A stretch of DNA of 63,357 nucleotides from a virus (taxonomy: Duplodnaviria; Caudoviricetes), in the IMG/VR virus record IMGVR_UViG_3300011116_000174, positions 1-63,357 of that record; one strand, written 5' to 3'. Below are positions 7,931 through 18,365 of this stretch, in pieces. Both the position numbers and the translations under genes were made by a program. Under the pieces are notes generated by a model. That model saw only the letters and a program-made list of their open reading frames with translations, ran no database searches and was not told the DNA's origin. The stretch's first letter is position 1; every line of letters begins with the position of its first letter.

Positions 7931-9416
7931 AGACAAGCTGCCTCCAGAGATCAGAGCTAAGCTGGGTGCTTTGTTAGAGGAGCGCGACGAGCTTGAGACC
8001 ACCACACAAGCCCAAAAAGATTTCATGACCTACGTAAATTACGTATGGCCTAGCTTTATCCACGGTAAACATCATGTAAAAATGGCGAAAGCCTTTGAAA
8101 GGGTCGCAAATGGAGAAATTAAACGTCTTATTATTAACATGCCTCCTCGTCATACTAAGTCTGAATTTGCTTCTTACCTGCTTCCTGCGTGGTTCTTGGG
8201 ACGCTTTCCTGGAAAGAAAATTATTCAGACATCTCATACAGCTGAGCTCGCGGTTGGCTTTGGACGTAAAGTCAGAAACCTTGTCGATAGTGACGTCTAT
8301 AAAGACATATTTCCAGACGTTGCGCTACAGGCGGACTCTAAAGCTGCTGGTCGATGGGCAACTAACAAGGGCGGAGAGTATTTTGCTATCGGTGTTGGAG
8401 GCGCTGTTACGGGTAAAGGTGCGGATTTGCTCATTATTGACGACCCTCACTCGGAACAAGAAGCAACCATAGCCGAAACGAACCCCGAAGTCTACGATAA
8501 GACCTACGAATGGTACACATCTGGTCCTCGTCAGCGTCTACAACCGGGCGGGGCTATCGTAATCGTGATGACAAGGTGGTCAAAGAAGGACTTAACCGGT
8601 CAAGTTGTCAAAGCAGCAGCCCAAAGAAGCGGAGAAGACTGGGAAGTTATTGAATTTCCTGCACTTTTGCCGTCTGGGAACCCACTTTGGCCTCAGTTTT
8701 GGTCAAAATTAGAGCTTGAAGCCCTAAAATCTGAACTTCCTAACTCGAAATGGATGGCTCAGTACCAACAACAGCCTACTTCTGACGTAAACGCCATCAT
8801 TAAACGTGAATGGTGGCAGATTTGGGAGGATGATGACCCACCACACTGCGAGTTTTTGATACAAAGCTGGGATACGGCCTTCTTAAAGACACAAAGAAGC
8901 GACTTTTCTGCCTGTACTACGTGGGGAGTTTTCTATAAACCCGACGATACAGGCCGAGATCAGGCAAATATTATCTTGTTGAACGCGTTCAAGGAGCGTA
9001 TGGAGTTCCCAGAACTAAAAGAACGTGCCAGAGAACAGTATGACGAGTGGGAACCAGACGCACTAATTGTCGAAGCCAAGGCTGCGGGTAGTCCGTTGAT
9101 ATTTGAGTTGCGAGCCATGGGTATACCCGTGCAAGAGTTTACGCCTAGTAAGGGTAATGATAAGATAGCAAGACTGAATGCAGTAGCAGATATATTTGCA
9201 AGTGGTAGAGTGTGGGTACCTAACACACATTGGGCGGAAGAACTTGTAGAAGAGGTAGCAAGCTTCCCTTCTGGTGAACATGACGACTTAGTAGACTCTA
9301 TGACTCAGGCGTTATTACGGTACAGAAAAGGCGGCTTCTTACGTCTGCCATCAGACGAAGAAGATGAAGTTAGAGAATTTAAATCCAGACGGCATGCTGG
9401 GTATTACAACGTATAG
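7890..9416 (+). CDS. terL: Terminase large subunit
   Basis: NMPPRHTKS Walker A, LLIIDDP Walker B, SWDTA and HDDLVDS nuclease motifs. Confidence 0.95.
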   Translation: MLSQKKLELLQQHKDKLPPEIRAKLGALLEERDELETTTQAQKDFMTYVNYVWPSFIHGKHHVKMAKAFERVANGEIKRLIINMPPRHTKSEFASYLLPAWFLGRFPGKKIIQTSHTAELAVGFGRKVRNLVDSDVYKDIFPDVALQADSKAAGRWATNKGGEYFAIGVGGAVTGKGADLLIIDDPHSEQEATIAETNPEVYDKTYEWYTSGPRQRLQPGGAIVIVMTRWSKKDLTGQVVKAAAQRSGEDWEVIEFPALLPSGNPLWPQFWSKLELEALKSELPNSKWMAQYQQQPTSDVNAIIKREWWQIWEDDDPPHCEFLIQSWDTAFLKTQRSDFSACTTWGVFYKPDDTGRDQANIILLNAFKERMEFPELKERAREQYDEWEPDALIVEAKAAGSPLIFELRAMGIPVQEFTPSKGNDKIARLNAVADIFASGRVWVPNTHWAEELVEEVASFPSGEHDDLVDSMTQALLRYRKGGFLRLPSDEEDEVREFKSRRHAGYYNV

Positions 9417-9424
9417 GTACATTT

Positions 9425-11893
9425 ATGTCTATTGAAAAAAGTTTAGCACAAGCCCCGCAAGGCCTAACAGACCTAATCGCGTCCAGCGAACCCGACTTAG
9501 AGATTGAGATCGAGGACCCAGAATCGGTCAAGATCGCGATGGATGGTATAGAGATCGAAATCGAGCCAAGAGAAGAAACAGACGAGGACTTTAATGCTAA
9601 CTTGGCTGAGTACATCGGCGAGAGAGAACTCGTTGAATTAGTTGGCGATTTAATTGGTGACTTTGATAGTGATATCGCGTCCCGCAAAGACTGGATACAA
9701 ACCTACGTTGATGGCTTAGAACTCCTTGGCATGAAGATCGAGGAAAGAACAGAGCCTTGGGAAGGTGCTTGCGGCGTCTACCACCCGATACTAAGTGAGG
9801 CACTTGTTAAGTTCCAAGCAGAGACTATGATGTCGACGTTCCCTGCTTCGGGTCCCGTTAAGACCCAGATCATTGGCAAAGAAACACCAGAGAAAAAAGA
9901 AGCGGCTGAGCGTGTTAAAGATGACATGAACTATCAGCTCATGGATGTGATGCAGGAGTACCGCCCAGAACATGAGAGGATGCTGTGGGGCTTGGGCCTT
10001 GCAGGTAACGCATTTAAGAAAGTGTATGTTGACCCAAGCTTAGATCGGCAAGTCAGTATGTTCGTGCCGGCGGAGGACATTGTGGTACCATACGGGGCTT
10101 CGTCCATCGAGCAAGCCGAGCGAGTCACACATGTGATGCGTAAGACGGAGAACGAGTTAAGGCGTCTCCAAGTTGCCGGGTTTTATCGGGACGTCGACCT
10201 TGGCACGCCAGACAATGTCATGGATGAGGTTGAGAAGAAGATTGCCGAGAAGCTTGGCTTTAGAGCAACTTCAGATGATCGGTATAAAGTTTTGGAGATG
10301 CACGTTGACTTGGACTTGCCGGGTTACGAGCATAAAGATGAAGACGGAAAACCCACAGGCATTGCACTGCCATATGTGGTGACTATTGAGAAGGGCAGCA
10401 ACACCGTCCTATCTATCCGTCGTAATTGGGAGCCAGATGATGAGACTCATCAAAAACGTCAGCACTTCGTTCACTACGGTTATGTACCCGGCTTTGGGTT
10501 CTATTGCTTTGGTCTTATTCATTTGGTCGGTGCATTTGCTAAGTCAGGCACTTCCATTCTCCGCCAGCTCGTTGACGCTGGCTCACTTGCAAACTTGCCA
10601 GGTGGCTTTAAGGCCCGTGGACTGCGTGTTAAAGGCGACGACACCCCGATAAGCCCCGGCGAGTTCCGCGACGTCGACTTACCGTCCGGCGTTATCAAGG
10701 ACAACATCATGACGCTCCCCTACAAGGAGCCGAGTCAAGTTCTTGCTGGGTTACTAAATCAGATCATCGACGAGGGACGTCGCTTTGCTACGGCAGGTGA
10801 TATGAAGGTGAGCGACATGAGCGCTCAGTCCCCAGTTGGGACTACGTTAGCAATTCTGGAGAGAACGTTAAAAGTGATGAGCGCTATTCAGGCGCGGATT
10901 CACTACTCGATGAAGCAAGAGTTTAAGTTACTCAAGCAGATCATCGCCGACTACACACCAGAGGAGTATAGCTATGAACCCGTGGAGGGATCGCCAAGAG
11001 CGAAGAAGGCTGACTACGACAATGTGGAGGTCATTCCTGTCTCGGACCCAAATGCGGCAACGATGGCGCAAAAGATTGTGCAGTACCAAGCAGTCTTACA
11101 ACTGGCGCAGCAGGCTCCACAACTCTACAACTTACCCTTACTACATCGGCAAATGCTCGATGTTTTGGGGATCAAGAATGCGGCAAAACTTATTCCGATG
11201 CAAGAGGACCAAAAGCCCACGGATCCAGTTACGGAGAACATGGATGCGATCCGTAACAAGCCGCTAAAGGCATTTATGTATCAAGACCATCAAGCACACT
11301 TGACTGCGCATACGGCGTTTATGCAAGACCCGTTTACGCAGCAGATGTTGCAACAGAACCCAGCAGGGCAGGCGATTATTGGCGCGATGCAAGCACACAT
11401 GGCAGAGCATTTTGCGTTCAAGTACCGCAACGACATTGAGCAGCAACTTGGGGCACCACTCCCATACAGTGAAGAAACTCCTGACAAAGAAAGAGAAGTT
11501 CTTCCTGAAGAGTACGAGGTACAAATCTCTCGTTTGGTTGCACAAGCAGGTGTTCAGTTATTAACTATGGATCAACAGCAAGCAGCAAAAGCGCAAGCAG
11601 CGCAGCAAGCTGAAGACCCGATCATTCAGATGCAGCAACAAGAGCTTGCACTGAAAGGTCAAGAAATTCAACGTAAAGCGCTAAAGGACCGGACTGATGC
11701 GCAGTTGAGAAACCGTCAGCTTGACATTGAGGAAGAACGCATTGCCTCGACGGAAGAGATTGAGGGTACGAAGTTAGGCGTTAAGTTGGCAAAAGACAAA
11801 GAAGAGCAAGAGTTCCGTCAAGAGTTTGAAGGAACTAAGCTTGGAATTGAGATAGCCAAGGCTAAAGACAAACCGACAAAAGGTAACGAATGA
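9425..11893 (+). CDS. Portal protein
   Basis: 822 aa directly after TerL; Q-rich coiled-coil C-terminus as in P22-like portals. Confidence 0.85.
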   Translation: MSIEKSLAQAPQGLTDLIASSEPDLEIEIEDPESVKIAMDGIEIEIEPREETDEDFNANLAEYIGERELVELVGDLIGDFDSDIASRKDWIQTYVDGLELLGMKIEERTEPWEGACGVYHPILSEALVKFQAETMMSTFPASGPVKTQIIGKETPEKKEAAERVKDDMNYQLMDVMQEYRPEHERMLWGLGLAGNAFKKVYVDPSLDRQVSMFVPAEDIVVPYGASSIEQAERVTHVMRKTENELRRLQVAGFYRDVDLGTPDNVMDEVEKKIAEKLGFRATSDDRYKVLEMHVDLDLPGYEHKDEDGKPTGIALPYVVTIEKGSNTVLSIRRNWEPDDETHQKRQHFVHYGYVPGFGFYCFGLIHLVGAFAKSGTSILRQLVDAGSLANLPGGFKARGLRVKGDDTPISPGEFRDVDLPSGVIKDNIMTLPYKEPSQVLAGLLNQIIDEGRRFATAGDMKVSDMSAQSPVGTTLAILERTLKVMSAIQARIHYSMKQEFKLLKQIIADYTPEEYSYEPVEGSPRAKKADYDNVEVIPVSDPNAATMAQKIVQYQAVLQLAQQAPQLYNLPLLHRQMLDVLGIKNAAKLIPMQEDQKPTDPVTENMDAIRNKPLKAFMYQDHQAHLTAHTAFMQDPFTQQMLQQNPAGQAIIGAMQAHMAEHFAFKYRNDIEQQLGAPLPYSEETPDKEREVLPEEYEVQISRLVAQAGVQLLTMDQQQAAKAQAAQQAEDPIIQMQQQELALKGQEIQRKALKDRTDAQLRNRQLDIEEERIASTEEIEGTKLGVKLAKDKEEQEFRQEFEGTKLGIEIAKAKDKPTKGNE

Positions 11894-12075
11894 CAGAACT
11901 AGAGCTTTTAATTAAGCAGATTGATGATAAGACGAACCAACTCAAGGATGCGGTGATAGTTGGTAGTCTCGATCACATTCAGTATCAAAGACTTTGTGGT
12001 GAAATTCGAGGTCTGTTCACTGCAAAGGGGTACATATTAGACCTCAAAGAACGAATGGAGAACTCAGATGAGTGA
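11890..12075 (+). CDS. Conserved phage hypothetical protein
   Basis: YQRLCGEIRGL; coupled between portal and GroES. Confidence 0.75.
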   Translation: MTELELLIKQIDDKTNQLKDAVIVGSLDHIQYQRLCGEIRGLFTAKGYILDLKERMENSDE

Positions 12076-12490
12076 AATCCTTATCGGCACAAACCCCGAT
12101 AAACCGCAGATAGTAGGTGCAGTAAATTTTGCAGCAACAAACGAAGAAAAAGCTAGTCAACTACCTGAACCGATGGGCTATCGCATTTTGTGCGCTATTC
12201 CAGAAGTAGAGGATAAGTTTGATAGCGGGATCTTAAAGTCAGACGAAACTGTCCGGCATGACGAGCTCTTAACTACGGTTTTATTTGTAGTCAAGCTAGG
12301 CCCAGATTGCTATCAGGACAAGACACGGTTCCCTAACGGGCCTTGGTGTAAACAAGGTGATTTTATTTTAGTGCGACCAAACGCCGGGACAAGACTGGTT
12401 ATTCACGGGCGTGAGTTCCGCATCATTAACGACGACTCTGTGGAGGCTGTAGTTCAAGACCCCCGCGGGATTACTCGTAAATTTGTCTAA
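12068..12490 (+). CDS. groES: GroES-like co-chaperonin
   Basis: PMGYRIL, SGIL, VVKLGPD, GDFILV, FRIINDDSVEAVV. Confidence 0.85.
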   Translation: MSEILIGTNPDKPQIVGAVNFAATNEEKASQLPEPMGYRILCAIPEVEDKFDSGILKSDETVRHDELLTTVLFVVKLGPDCYQDKTRFPNGPWCKQGDFILVRPNAGTRLVIHGREFRIINDDSVEAVVQDPRGITRKFV

Positions 12491-12501
12491 AGGAGTTGTA
12501 A

Positions 12502-13497
12502 ATGGCTGAAAACAAACAAGAAACTATGGAATTTGAGTTTCCGGATGAGGTTGAAGCTAAGGGTAAACCCTTAGAAGAAGTTGCCAAAGCTCTTGCAAAA
12601 GAGGAAGAGCCGGAGATTGAGATTGAGGACGATACCCCACCAGAGGATCGTGGACGTCAACCACTACCCAAGGAAGTAACCGAGCGACTGGAGAAGGATG
12701 AGTTAGACCAGTACGAAGGCGAAACCAAGGAGAAGTTCAAGCAGTTAAAGAAGGTTTGGCATGATGAACGTCGTGCTAAAGAAGCTGCGTATCGCGAGCA
12801 GCAAGAGGCGTTGGCAATCGCTAAGAAGCTTATGGAAGAGAACAAAGCCCTCAAAGCTAAAGTTACTTCTGGGCACGAAGTATTTGCTACCGCAGCTAAA
12901 GAGGCGGCAGATAACGAGCTTGCCTTGGCTAAACGCGACTACAAAGAGGCTTACGAGTCAGGCGATGCAGACAAGATCATCGAAGCTCAAGAGAGAATGA
13001 CGGTTGCAAAGTTTAAAGCTGAGCAACTTAAATTTTACAAATCTGACAGTGAAGCTTTACAAAATCAAGAAAATGATGTACAACTAGCGCAAGAGCAGCC
13101 TAGATACGTGCCTGATCCTAAAGCAAAAGCGTGGCAAGAACGCAATAGCTGGTTCGGTCAAGACGAAGAAATGACTAGTTTAGCCCTCGGGTTACATGAA
13201 AAACTAGTTAAGGAACATGGTATGTCCTACGCTACTACTAACGAGTATTACGACACCATTGACAAAACAATGCGTCGGAGATTCCCAGAGCAATTTGAGG
13301 AGTCTGAAGTAAAGGAAGATGAGCCACAAAAAACTAATCGTCCTAAAGCAAGCACGGTTGTAGCGCCGGCAACACGTAGCACCTCGCCTAAGAAAATTAG
13401 GTTAAGTGGTACGCAGGTCCAACTTGCCAAGAAACTTGGACTAACACCAGAGCAGTACGCCCGTGAACTTACAAAATTGGAGGCCCAAAATGGCTGA
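12502..13497 (+). CDS. Putative capsid scaffolding protein
   Basis: Acidic coiled-coil; C-terminal LAKKLGLTPEQYA; upstream of capsid genes. Confidence 0.7.
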   Translation: MAENKQETMEFEFPDEVEAKGKPLEEVAKALAKEEEPEIEIEDDTPPEDRGRQPLPKEVTERLEKDELDQYEGETKEKFKQLKKVWHDERRAKEAAYREQQEALAIAKKLMEENKALKAKVTSGHEVFATAAKEAADNELALAKRDYKEAYESGDADKIIEAQERMTVAKFKAEQLKFYKSDSEALQNQENDVQLAQEQPRYVPDPKAKAWQERNSWFGQDEEMTSLALGLHEKLVKEHGMSYATTNEYYDTIDKTMRRRFPEQFEESEVKEDEPQKTNRPKASTVVAPATRSTSPKKIRLSGTQVQLAKKLGLTPEQYARELTKLEAQNG

Positions 13498-13939
13498 AAA
13501 CAGATTATCGCGTGAGCTTCAAAGCCGCGCAACGACAGAGCGTCCTAAACAGTGGGCGCCCGCAGAGTTGCTCCCAGAGCCCGACAAACAGGCTGGCTAT
13601 GCTTATCGCTGGATTCGCACTTCGACTTTAAATACCGCTGACCCACGGAACTTATCCGCTAAATTGCGTGAAGGCTGGGAGCCAGTGAGTATCGAAGAGC
13701 AACCAAAATTAAAACTGTTAGTCGACCCCAATAGTCGCTTTAAGGACAATATTGAGATCGGCGGATTGCTACTCTGCAAAACCCCAGAGGAGTTTGTTCA
13801 GCAGCGTAATGAACATTACGCAAAGCAAAGCGAATCCCAAACTGAGGCTGTGGACAACAATCTCATGCGCCAGAGTGACCCGCGGATGCCGTTGTTTAAA
13901 GAACGGAAATCTTCGACAAGCTTTGGTAAAGGTAACTAA
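13490..13939 (+). CDS. Conserved head-module protein
   Basis: MAENRLSR after GGAGG; YRWIR, REGWEPV. Confidence 0.75.
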   Translation: MAENRLSRELQSRATTERPKQWAPAELLPEPDKQAGYAYRWIRTSTLNTADPRNLSAKLREGWEPVSIEEQPKLKLLVDPNSRFKDNIEIGGLLLCKTPEEFVQQRNEHYAKQSESQTEAVDNNLMRQSDPRMPLFKERKSSTSFGKGN

Positions 13940-13958
13940 ATTTAATTAGGAGTTTTAA

Positions 13959-14573
13959 ATGGCTTATCCTACCGTAGACGGACCCTATGGGTTCAAGCCG
14001 ATCAATCTGATCGGTGGTCAGGTATTTGCTGGTGCAACTCGTCAAATTCCAATTGATTCAGGTTCTGGCACTTCCATTTTTTATGGTGATGTCGTACGTC
14101 TGAATACTGCTGGTACTTTGAGCCGTGTTTCTACCACCGATTCCGCGACCGACGCTGTTGGTATTTTCTTGGGCTGTCAGTTTACTAACCCAACTACCAA
14201 GCAGCTCCTTCAGCAACAATACTATCCAGGCGGCACTGTTGCTTCGGATATCGTTGCTTATGTTTGTGACGATCCTGACACTCTCTTTAAAGTGGCAGTT
14301 CTCTCGTCTTCAACCGCAGTTGGCGGCTTGACCCAGACTGATGTAGGTAACAACGTTGGTATCTTTACCACCGCTGGCTCTACAACTTCTGGTGATTCAA
14401 ACGAAGGTGTACGTAACGCTACCAGCACTTCAGTAACAACTCTGCCATTCCGTATTATTGCGGGTGTTCCGGAGACTGTTAATGCGTCTGGTTCTTTCAC
14501 TGAGGTAATCGTCAAGTTCAACTTTGGCGTCCATACCTATTACAGTGCAACCCCTGTAGCAACCGCAGCATAA
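13959..14573 (+). CDS. Putative capsid decoration/minor head protein
   Basis: IFYGDVV beta-rich protein immediately before the MCP. Confidence 0.65.
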   Translation: MAYPTVDGPYGFKPINLIGGQVFAGATRQIPIDSGSGTSIFYGDVVRLNTAGTLSRVSTTDSATDAVGIFLGCQFTNPTTKQLLQQQYYPGGTVASDIVAYVCDDPDTLFKVAVLSSSTAVGGLTQTDVGNNVGIFTTAGSTTSGDSNEGVRNATSTSVTTLPFRIIAGVPETVNASGSFTEVIVKFNFGVHTYYSATPVATAA

Positions 14574-14584
14574 GGAGCATATAA

Positions 14585-15499
14585 ATGGCTATTTCACGCG
14601 CACAACTACTGAAAGAGCTGCTCCCAGGCTTGAACGCTTTGTTCGGTCTTGAGTATGCTCGATATGGTGAAGAACACAAAGAGATCTATGAAACTGAGAC
14701 CTCTGAGCGTTCCTTCGAAGAAGAAACCAAATTGTCTGGATTCTCTGCTGCACCAGTCAAAAACGAAGGCTCTGCCATCGCTTATGACAATGCACAAGAG
14801 GCATTTACAGCACGCTACAACCATGAGACCATCGCTCTCGGCTTCTCCCTCACGGAAGAGGCAATCGAGGACAACTTGTATGACAGCCTCTCGGCTCGTT
14901 ATACCAAGGCTTTGGCTCGTGCAATGGCTTATACCAAGCAGGTTAAAGCCGCTGCCGTGTTGAACAACGGTTTCACCAACTCTGCCCAATATTACGGTGG
15001 CGACGGTGTACCTTTGTTTGCAACTAACCATCCTTTGGTTTCTGGTGGTACTAACAGCAACACTCAGTCTACCGCCGCTGATTTGAACGAAACTTCCTTG
15101 GAAGCTGCCGTTATTCAAATCGCTGCTTGGACAGACGAGCGTGGCCTGTTGATCGCCGCTAAACCCAAGAAGTTGATTGTTCCTCCATCACTACAGTTCG
15201 TGGCTACTCGTTTGCTCGAGACACAACTCCGTGTTGGTACGACCGACAACGACATCAACGCTTTGGTAAACAATGGTTCGATCCCAGAAGGTTATGCAAT
15301 TAACCACTTCTTGACCGATCCAAATGCTTACTTCCTCACCACTGACGTTCCAAATGGTATGAAGCATTTCGTTCGTACTCCTTTGAGCAACTCAATGGAC
15401 GGAGACTTTGACACAGGCAACGTACGTTATAAGTCACGCGAGCGTTATAGCTTTGGCTGGTCTGATCCCCTCGGTATGTGGGGAAGCCAAGGAGCATAA
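14585..15499 (+). CDS. Major capsid protein
   Basis: MAISRAQLLKELLPGLNALFGLEY...GGDGVPLF...KLIVPP...RERYSFGWSDP; strong RBS; followed by a terminator. Confidence 0.9.
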   Translation: MAISRAQLLKELLPGLNALFGLEYARYGEEHKEIYETETSERSFEEETKLSGFSAAPVKNEGSAIAYDNAQEAFTARYNHETIALGFSLTEEAIEDNLYDSLSARYTKALARAMAYTKQVKAAAVLNNGFTNSAQYYGGDGVPLFATNHPLVSGGTNSNTQSTAADLNETSLEAAVIQIAAWTDERGLLIAAKPKKLIVPPSLQFVATRLLETQLRVGTTDNDINALVNNGSIPEGYAINHFLTDPNAYFLTTDVPNGMKHFVRTPLSNSMDGDFDTGNVRYKSRERYSFGWSDPLGMWGSQGA

Positions 15500-15517
15500 G
15501 GCTTCTGAAGTAACAAG

Positions 15518-15540
15518 ACCCCGCTTCGGCGGGGTTTTTT
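15518..15540 (+). terminator. Rho-independent terminator
   Basis: ACCCCGC-TTCG-GCGGGGT-TTTTT. Confidence 0.9.
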
Positions 15541-15580
15541 ATTACGTGTTATATTACCCGTATCGTAACTCGGAGGTAAT

Positions 15581-16153
15581 ATGAACTACCCAAAAACACG
15601 TAAAGAAGCAAAAGAACTAGGGGCTACACACTACTACACAGGGCAACCTTGTTCTCGCGGGCATATAGCTTTGCGTAAAACCAAGGGTGTATGTATAGAG
15701 TGCATGAAAGAAGACTGGGTTAAGGACAACGCCAAACGCGGCTTTAAACCTAAGTCTGAAGCGGCAAAAGAAGCCGGGCGCAGGTATTACGAGCGAAATA
15801 GAGAAATGGTTAAGGCACGCGCGCTTGCTAGAACCCCAGAAGAAAAGAAAGCTTGGAAAAAAACGCATAAGCAACGGCACCCAGAATACTATAACGCACT
15901 AACTAGTTTAAGAAAACGTAGGCACAGAAACGCAACGCCGCCGTGGTTAACCGCAAAACAAAAAACCGAAATTAAACAGCTATATTTAATTGCAATTACT
16001 ATGTCTAATACCACGGGTCAAAGGTATGTAGTAGACCACATAGTTCCTTTACTTGGTAAAGATGTATGTGGACTTCACGTACCTTGGAATATGCAAGTTA
16101 TAACCCAAGAGGAAAACCTCAAAAAGTCAAACAAACTGCTTGCAACTACGTAA
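15581..16153 (+). CDS. HNH homing endonuclease
   Basis: YTGQPC..GH N-terminus; VDHIVPL..VCGLHVPWNMQVI..EN..KSN. Confidence 0.85.
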   Translation: MNYPKTRKEAKELGATHYYTGQPCSRGHIALRKTKGVCIECMKEDWVKDNAKRGFKPKSEAAKEAGRRYYERNREMVKARALARTPEEKKAWKKTHKQRHPEYYNALTSLRKRRHRNATPPWLTAKQKTEIKQLYLIAITMSNTTGQRYVVDHIVPLLGKDVCGLHVPWNMQVITQEENLKKSNKLLATT

Positions 16154-16251
16154 AAAAGTAGTAATATGGTGAAAACTGGGAAACCAGCTTATTAAACTGT
16201 CCCAGCAGACGCATACACGATTAATAAGCTAACTTTGTATGGAGAACTATC

Positions 16252-16722
16252 ATGGGTTTTGCTACTCACTTAGGTCCTTGGCTATTAGGTACCGTTAAAA
16301 ACACTACCGGCACGACTGCCGGCACTATCCGCAACACAGGTTGCACCAACGTAACTCAAAACGCTACCGTAGCTTTTAATACTAGCGCTGCTACTCAAGT
16401 AGCTGTATTGCCTGCTGGCGCTTTGATTACCGAAATCTTTATTCTTCAGACCACCACGTTTACTTCTGGTTCGTCTGGAACGGTTACCGTGCTAATTAAT
16501 GGTACTGCCGCAGCTTCTGCCACCATTACTACTGGTACTGCTGGCGTACTAACGCTAAACGGCACTGCTGGTCAAATGAGCACTTGGTCTAACGTTGGTT
16601 CTACTGATGCAATCGTTACCTTTACCCCAGCTACACTAAGCGCTGGTGCTGGTACTTTGGTAATTCAGTATTCAGTTCGTAACTCTGACGGCGGACAGTT
16701 CCAAACCACGTTTAATAATTAA
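16252..16722 (+). CDS. Putative virion structural protein
   Basis: T/G/A-rich beta protein in the head module. Confidence 0.65.
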   Translation: MGFATHLGPWLLGTVKNTTGTTAGTIRNTGCTNVTQNATVAFNTSAATQVAVLPAGALITEIFILQTTTFTSGSSGTVTVLINGTAAASATITTGTAGVLTLNGTAGQMSTWSNVGSTDAIVTFTPATLSAGAGTLVIQYSVRNSDGGQFQTTFNN

Positions 16723-16774
16723 TCCAGCGGGCTAGGGTTTTCCCTAGTCCACTTTAACTTTTTGGAGATTAATT

Positions 16775-17089
16775 ATGGCGATGCAAACTGATGTACAAGC
16801 CTCAGCACCGTTAACTGCTACCGGGCAAGTTACCAACAATGCCGGCACGCCTGCTAATTTAGCGCGTATCCGCATGAAGGGCTTATATGTTGTGCCTGGT
16901 ACTTTAGCTGGTTCTGTTGTTTTTAGAGACAACGGAGCAAGTGGCGATATTCTTTTGACCCTAAATACCCCAGCCGTAGCAAATGCTGGTGCGTATAGCG
17001 TTATTATTCCAGGAGAAGGCATTCTGGTTGAAACCAACCTACATGGAACCGTAACTAATACGGCTTCTGTAGTTGTCTTTTACGGATAA
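16775..17089 (+). CDS. Putative virion structural protein
   Basis: IPGEGIL...VVVFYG C-terminus. Confidence 0.65.
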   Translation: MAMQTDVQASAPLTATGQVTNNAGTPANLARIRMKGLYVVPGTLAGSVVFRDNGASGDILLTLNTPAVANAGAYSVIIPGEGILVETNLHGTVTNTASVVVFYG

Positions 17090-17092
17090 AAA

Positions 17093-17863
17093 ATGTCAGA
17101 ACCAATGCAAGCACAAGGTTCATTTAATTTAGTAGGTAGGAAGATCATGCTTGGTCTTCCCGCTTATGACTTTAAAGTATCAGTAAAACTAGCTATTTCA
17201 CTAGCCCAGTTTTGCGTAGAGGCACCTAAACACGGGGTTCAAATTCAGATCTGTAATATCTCTGGATGCTCCGTAGTTTCCCGTGTTCGTAACCTGATTG
17301 CTAAAGATTTCCTAGCTTCAGATTGCACAGACCTAATGTTTATTGACTCTGATATTAACTTTAATGCAGAGGACATCTTTCGCTTAATGGCTTGGAACAC
17401 CGACCCTAAGAAGGGTATTGTTGGTGGAGTTCCCGTTGCTCGTAAGAAACAAAAGACATATATATCTACATTAGAGCAAGATGCTGATGGCGGTATTTAT
17501 ATGAACGCTTATGGATTGGTAAAGGCTAAACGGATTGCGACCGCTTTCATGCTGATTCGTAGAGAAGTATTTGAGACTCTCAGAGATAATCATCCCGAGT
17601 GGAAATATCATGATGACCGAGTAGAAAACGGACATCCCGACAAGTTTTGTTATTCCTTCTTTGACTTTAAATCTACGCCAGAAGGCTATGTTGGTGAAGA
17701 CTACACATTCTGCGATCGTGCTACAGCGCATGGATATGAAGTCTGGATTGATCCAACAATTAAGTTAAATCACATGGGCATTACTGAGTTTGAAGGTTCG
17801 TTTGGGGAAGATTATCTATACCCAATGTTACGCCCAGTAGACGCTAAGAAGGATGTCGCATAA
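17093..17863 (+). CDS. GT-A fold glycosyltransferase-like protein
   Basis: RN..AKDFL, LMFIDSD (DxD), FMLIRREVFE, GEDYTFC. Confidence 0.8.
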   Translation: MSEPMQAQGSFNLVGRKIMLGLPAYDFKVSVKLAISLAQFCVEAPKHGVQIQICNISGCSVVSRVRNLIAKDFLASDCTDLMFIDSDINFNAEDIFRLMAWNTDPKKGIVGGVPVARKKQKTYISTLEQDADGGIYMNAYGLVKAKRIATAFMLIRREVFETLRDNHPEWKYHDDRVENGHPDKFCYSFFDFKSTPEGYVGEDYTFCDRATAHGYEVWIDPTIKLNHMGITEFEGSFGEDYLYPMLRPVDAKKDVA

Positions 17864-18183
17864 TGGCTAAAACTCCTGCATGGCAACGCAAAGAAGGCAA
17901 AAACCCTAGCGGCGGTTTAAATGCTAAAGGTAGAGCTTCTTATAACGCAGCCAATCCCGGTAAACCCGGGTTAAAGCGCCCACAACCAGAAGGCGGCGCA
18001 AGACGGGACTCTTTTTGTGCCCGTATGAAAGGGATGAAAAAGAAACTTACTTCCGCTAAAACGGCTAATGATCCAAACTCGCGGATCAATAAAAGCCTTC
18101 GTGCTTGGAATTGCAAAGAAGGCGGTTCAGTTCGTGGCAGTGGATGCGAAATTCGTGGAAAAACTAAAGGTAAGATTGTATGA
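17863..18183 (+). CDS. Small basic virion-module protein
   Basis: GGLNAKGRAS, SFCARM; translationally coupled. Confidence 0.75.
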   Translation: MAKTPAWQRKEGKNPSGGLNAKGRASYNAANPGKPGLKRPQPEGGARRDSFCARMKGMKKKLTSAKTANDPNSRINKSLRAWNCKEGGSVRGSGCEIRGKTKGKIV

Positions 18184-18365
18184 AAGAACATTTAAGCGAG
18201 GGGACAAAGCACGTTTTAGACGGGCTATCCGTTATAACTGTATTAGGAGCTCTTGTGCAAATATTGCCAGCAGTAGCAGCTTTGTTTACGATTGTATGGA
18301 CCGGTATTCGTATTTACGAAACTGACACAGTTCAGAGGTTAATTAAACGTGCCAAGCGTAAGTAA
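18180..18365 (+). CDS. Small membrane protein
   Basis: Hydrophobic core LPAVAALFTIVW. Confidence 0.7.
   Translation: MKEHLSEGTKHVLDGLSVITVLGALVQILPAVAALFTIVWTGIRIYETDTVQRLIKRAKRK

Noticed and set aside
15581-16153. HNH gene as part of a group I intron
   Set aside because: It lies after the capsid terminator between intact genes; no split gene is evident
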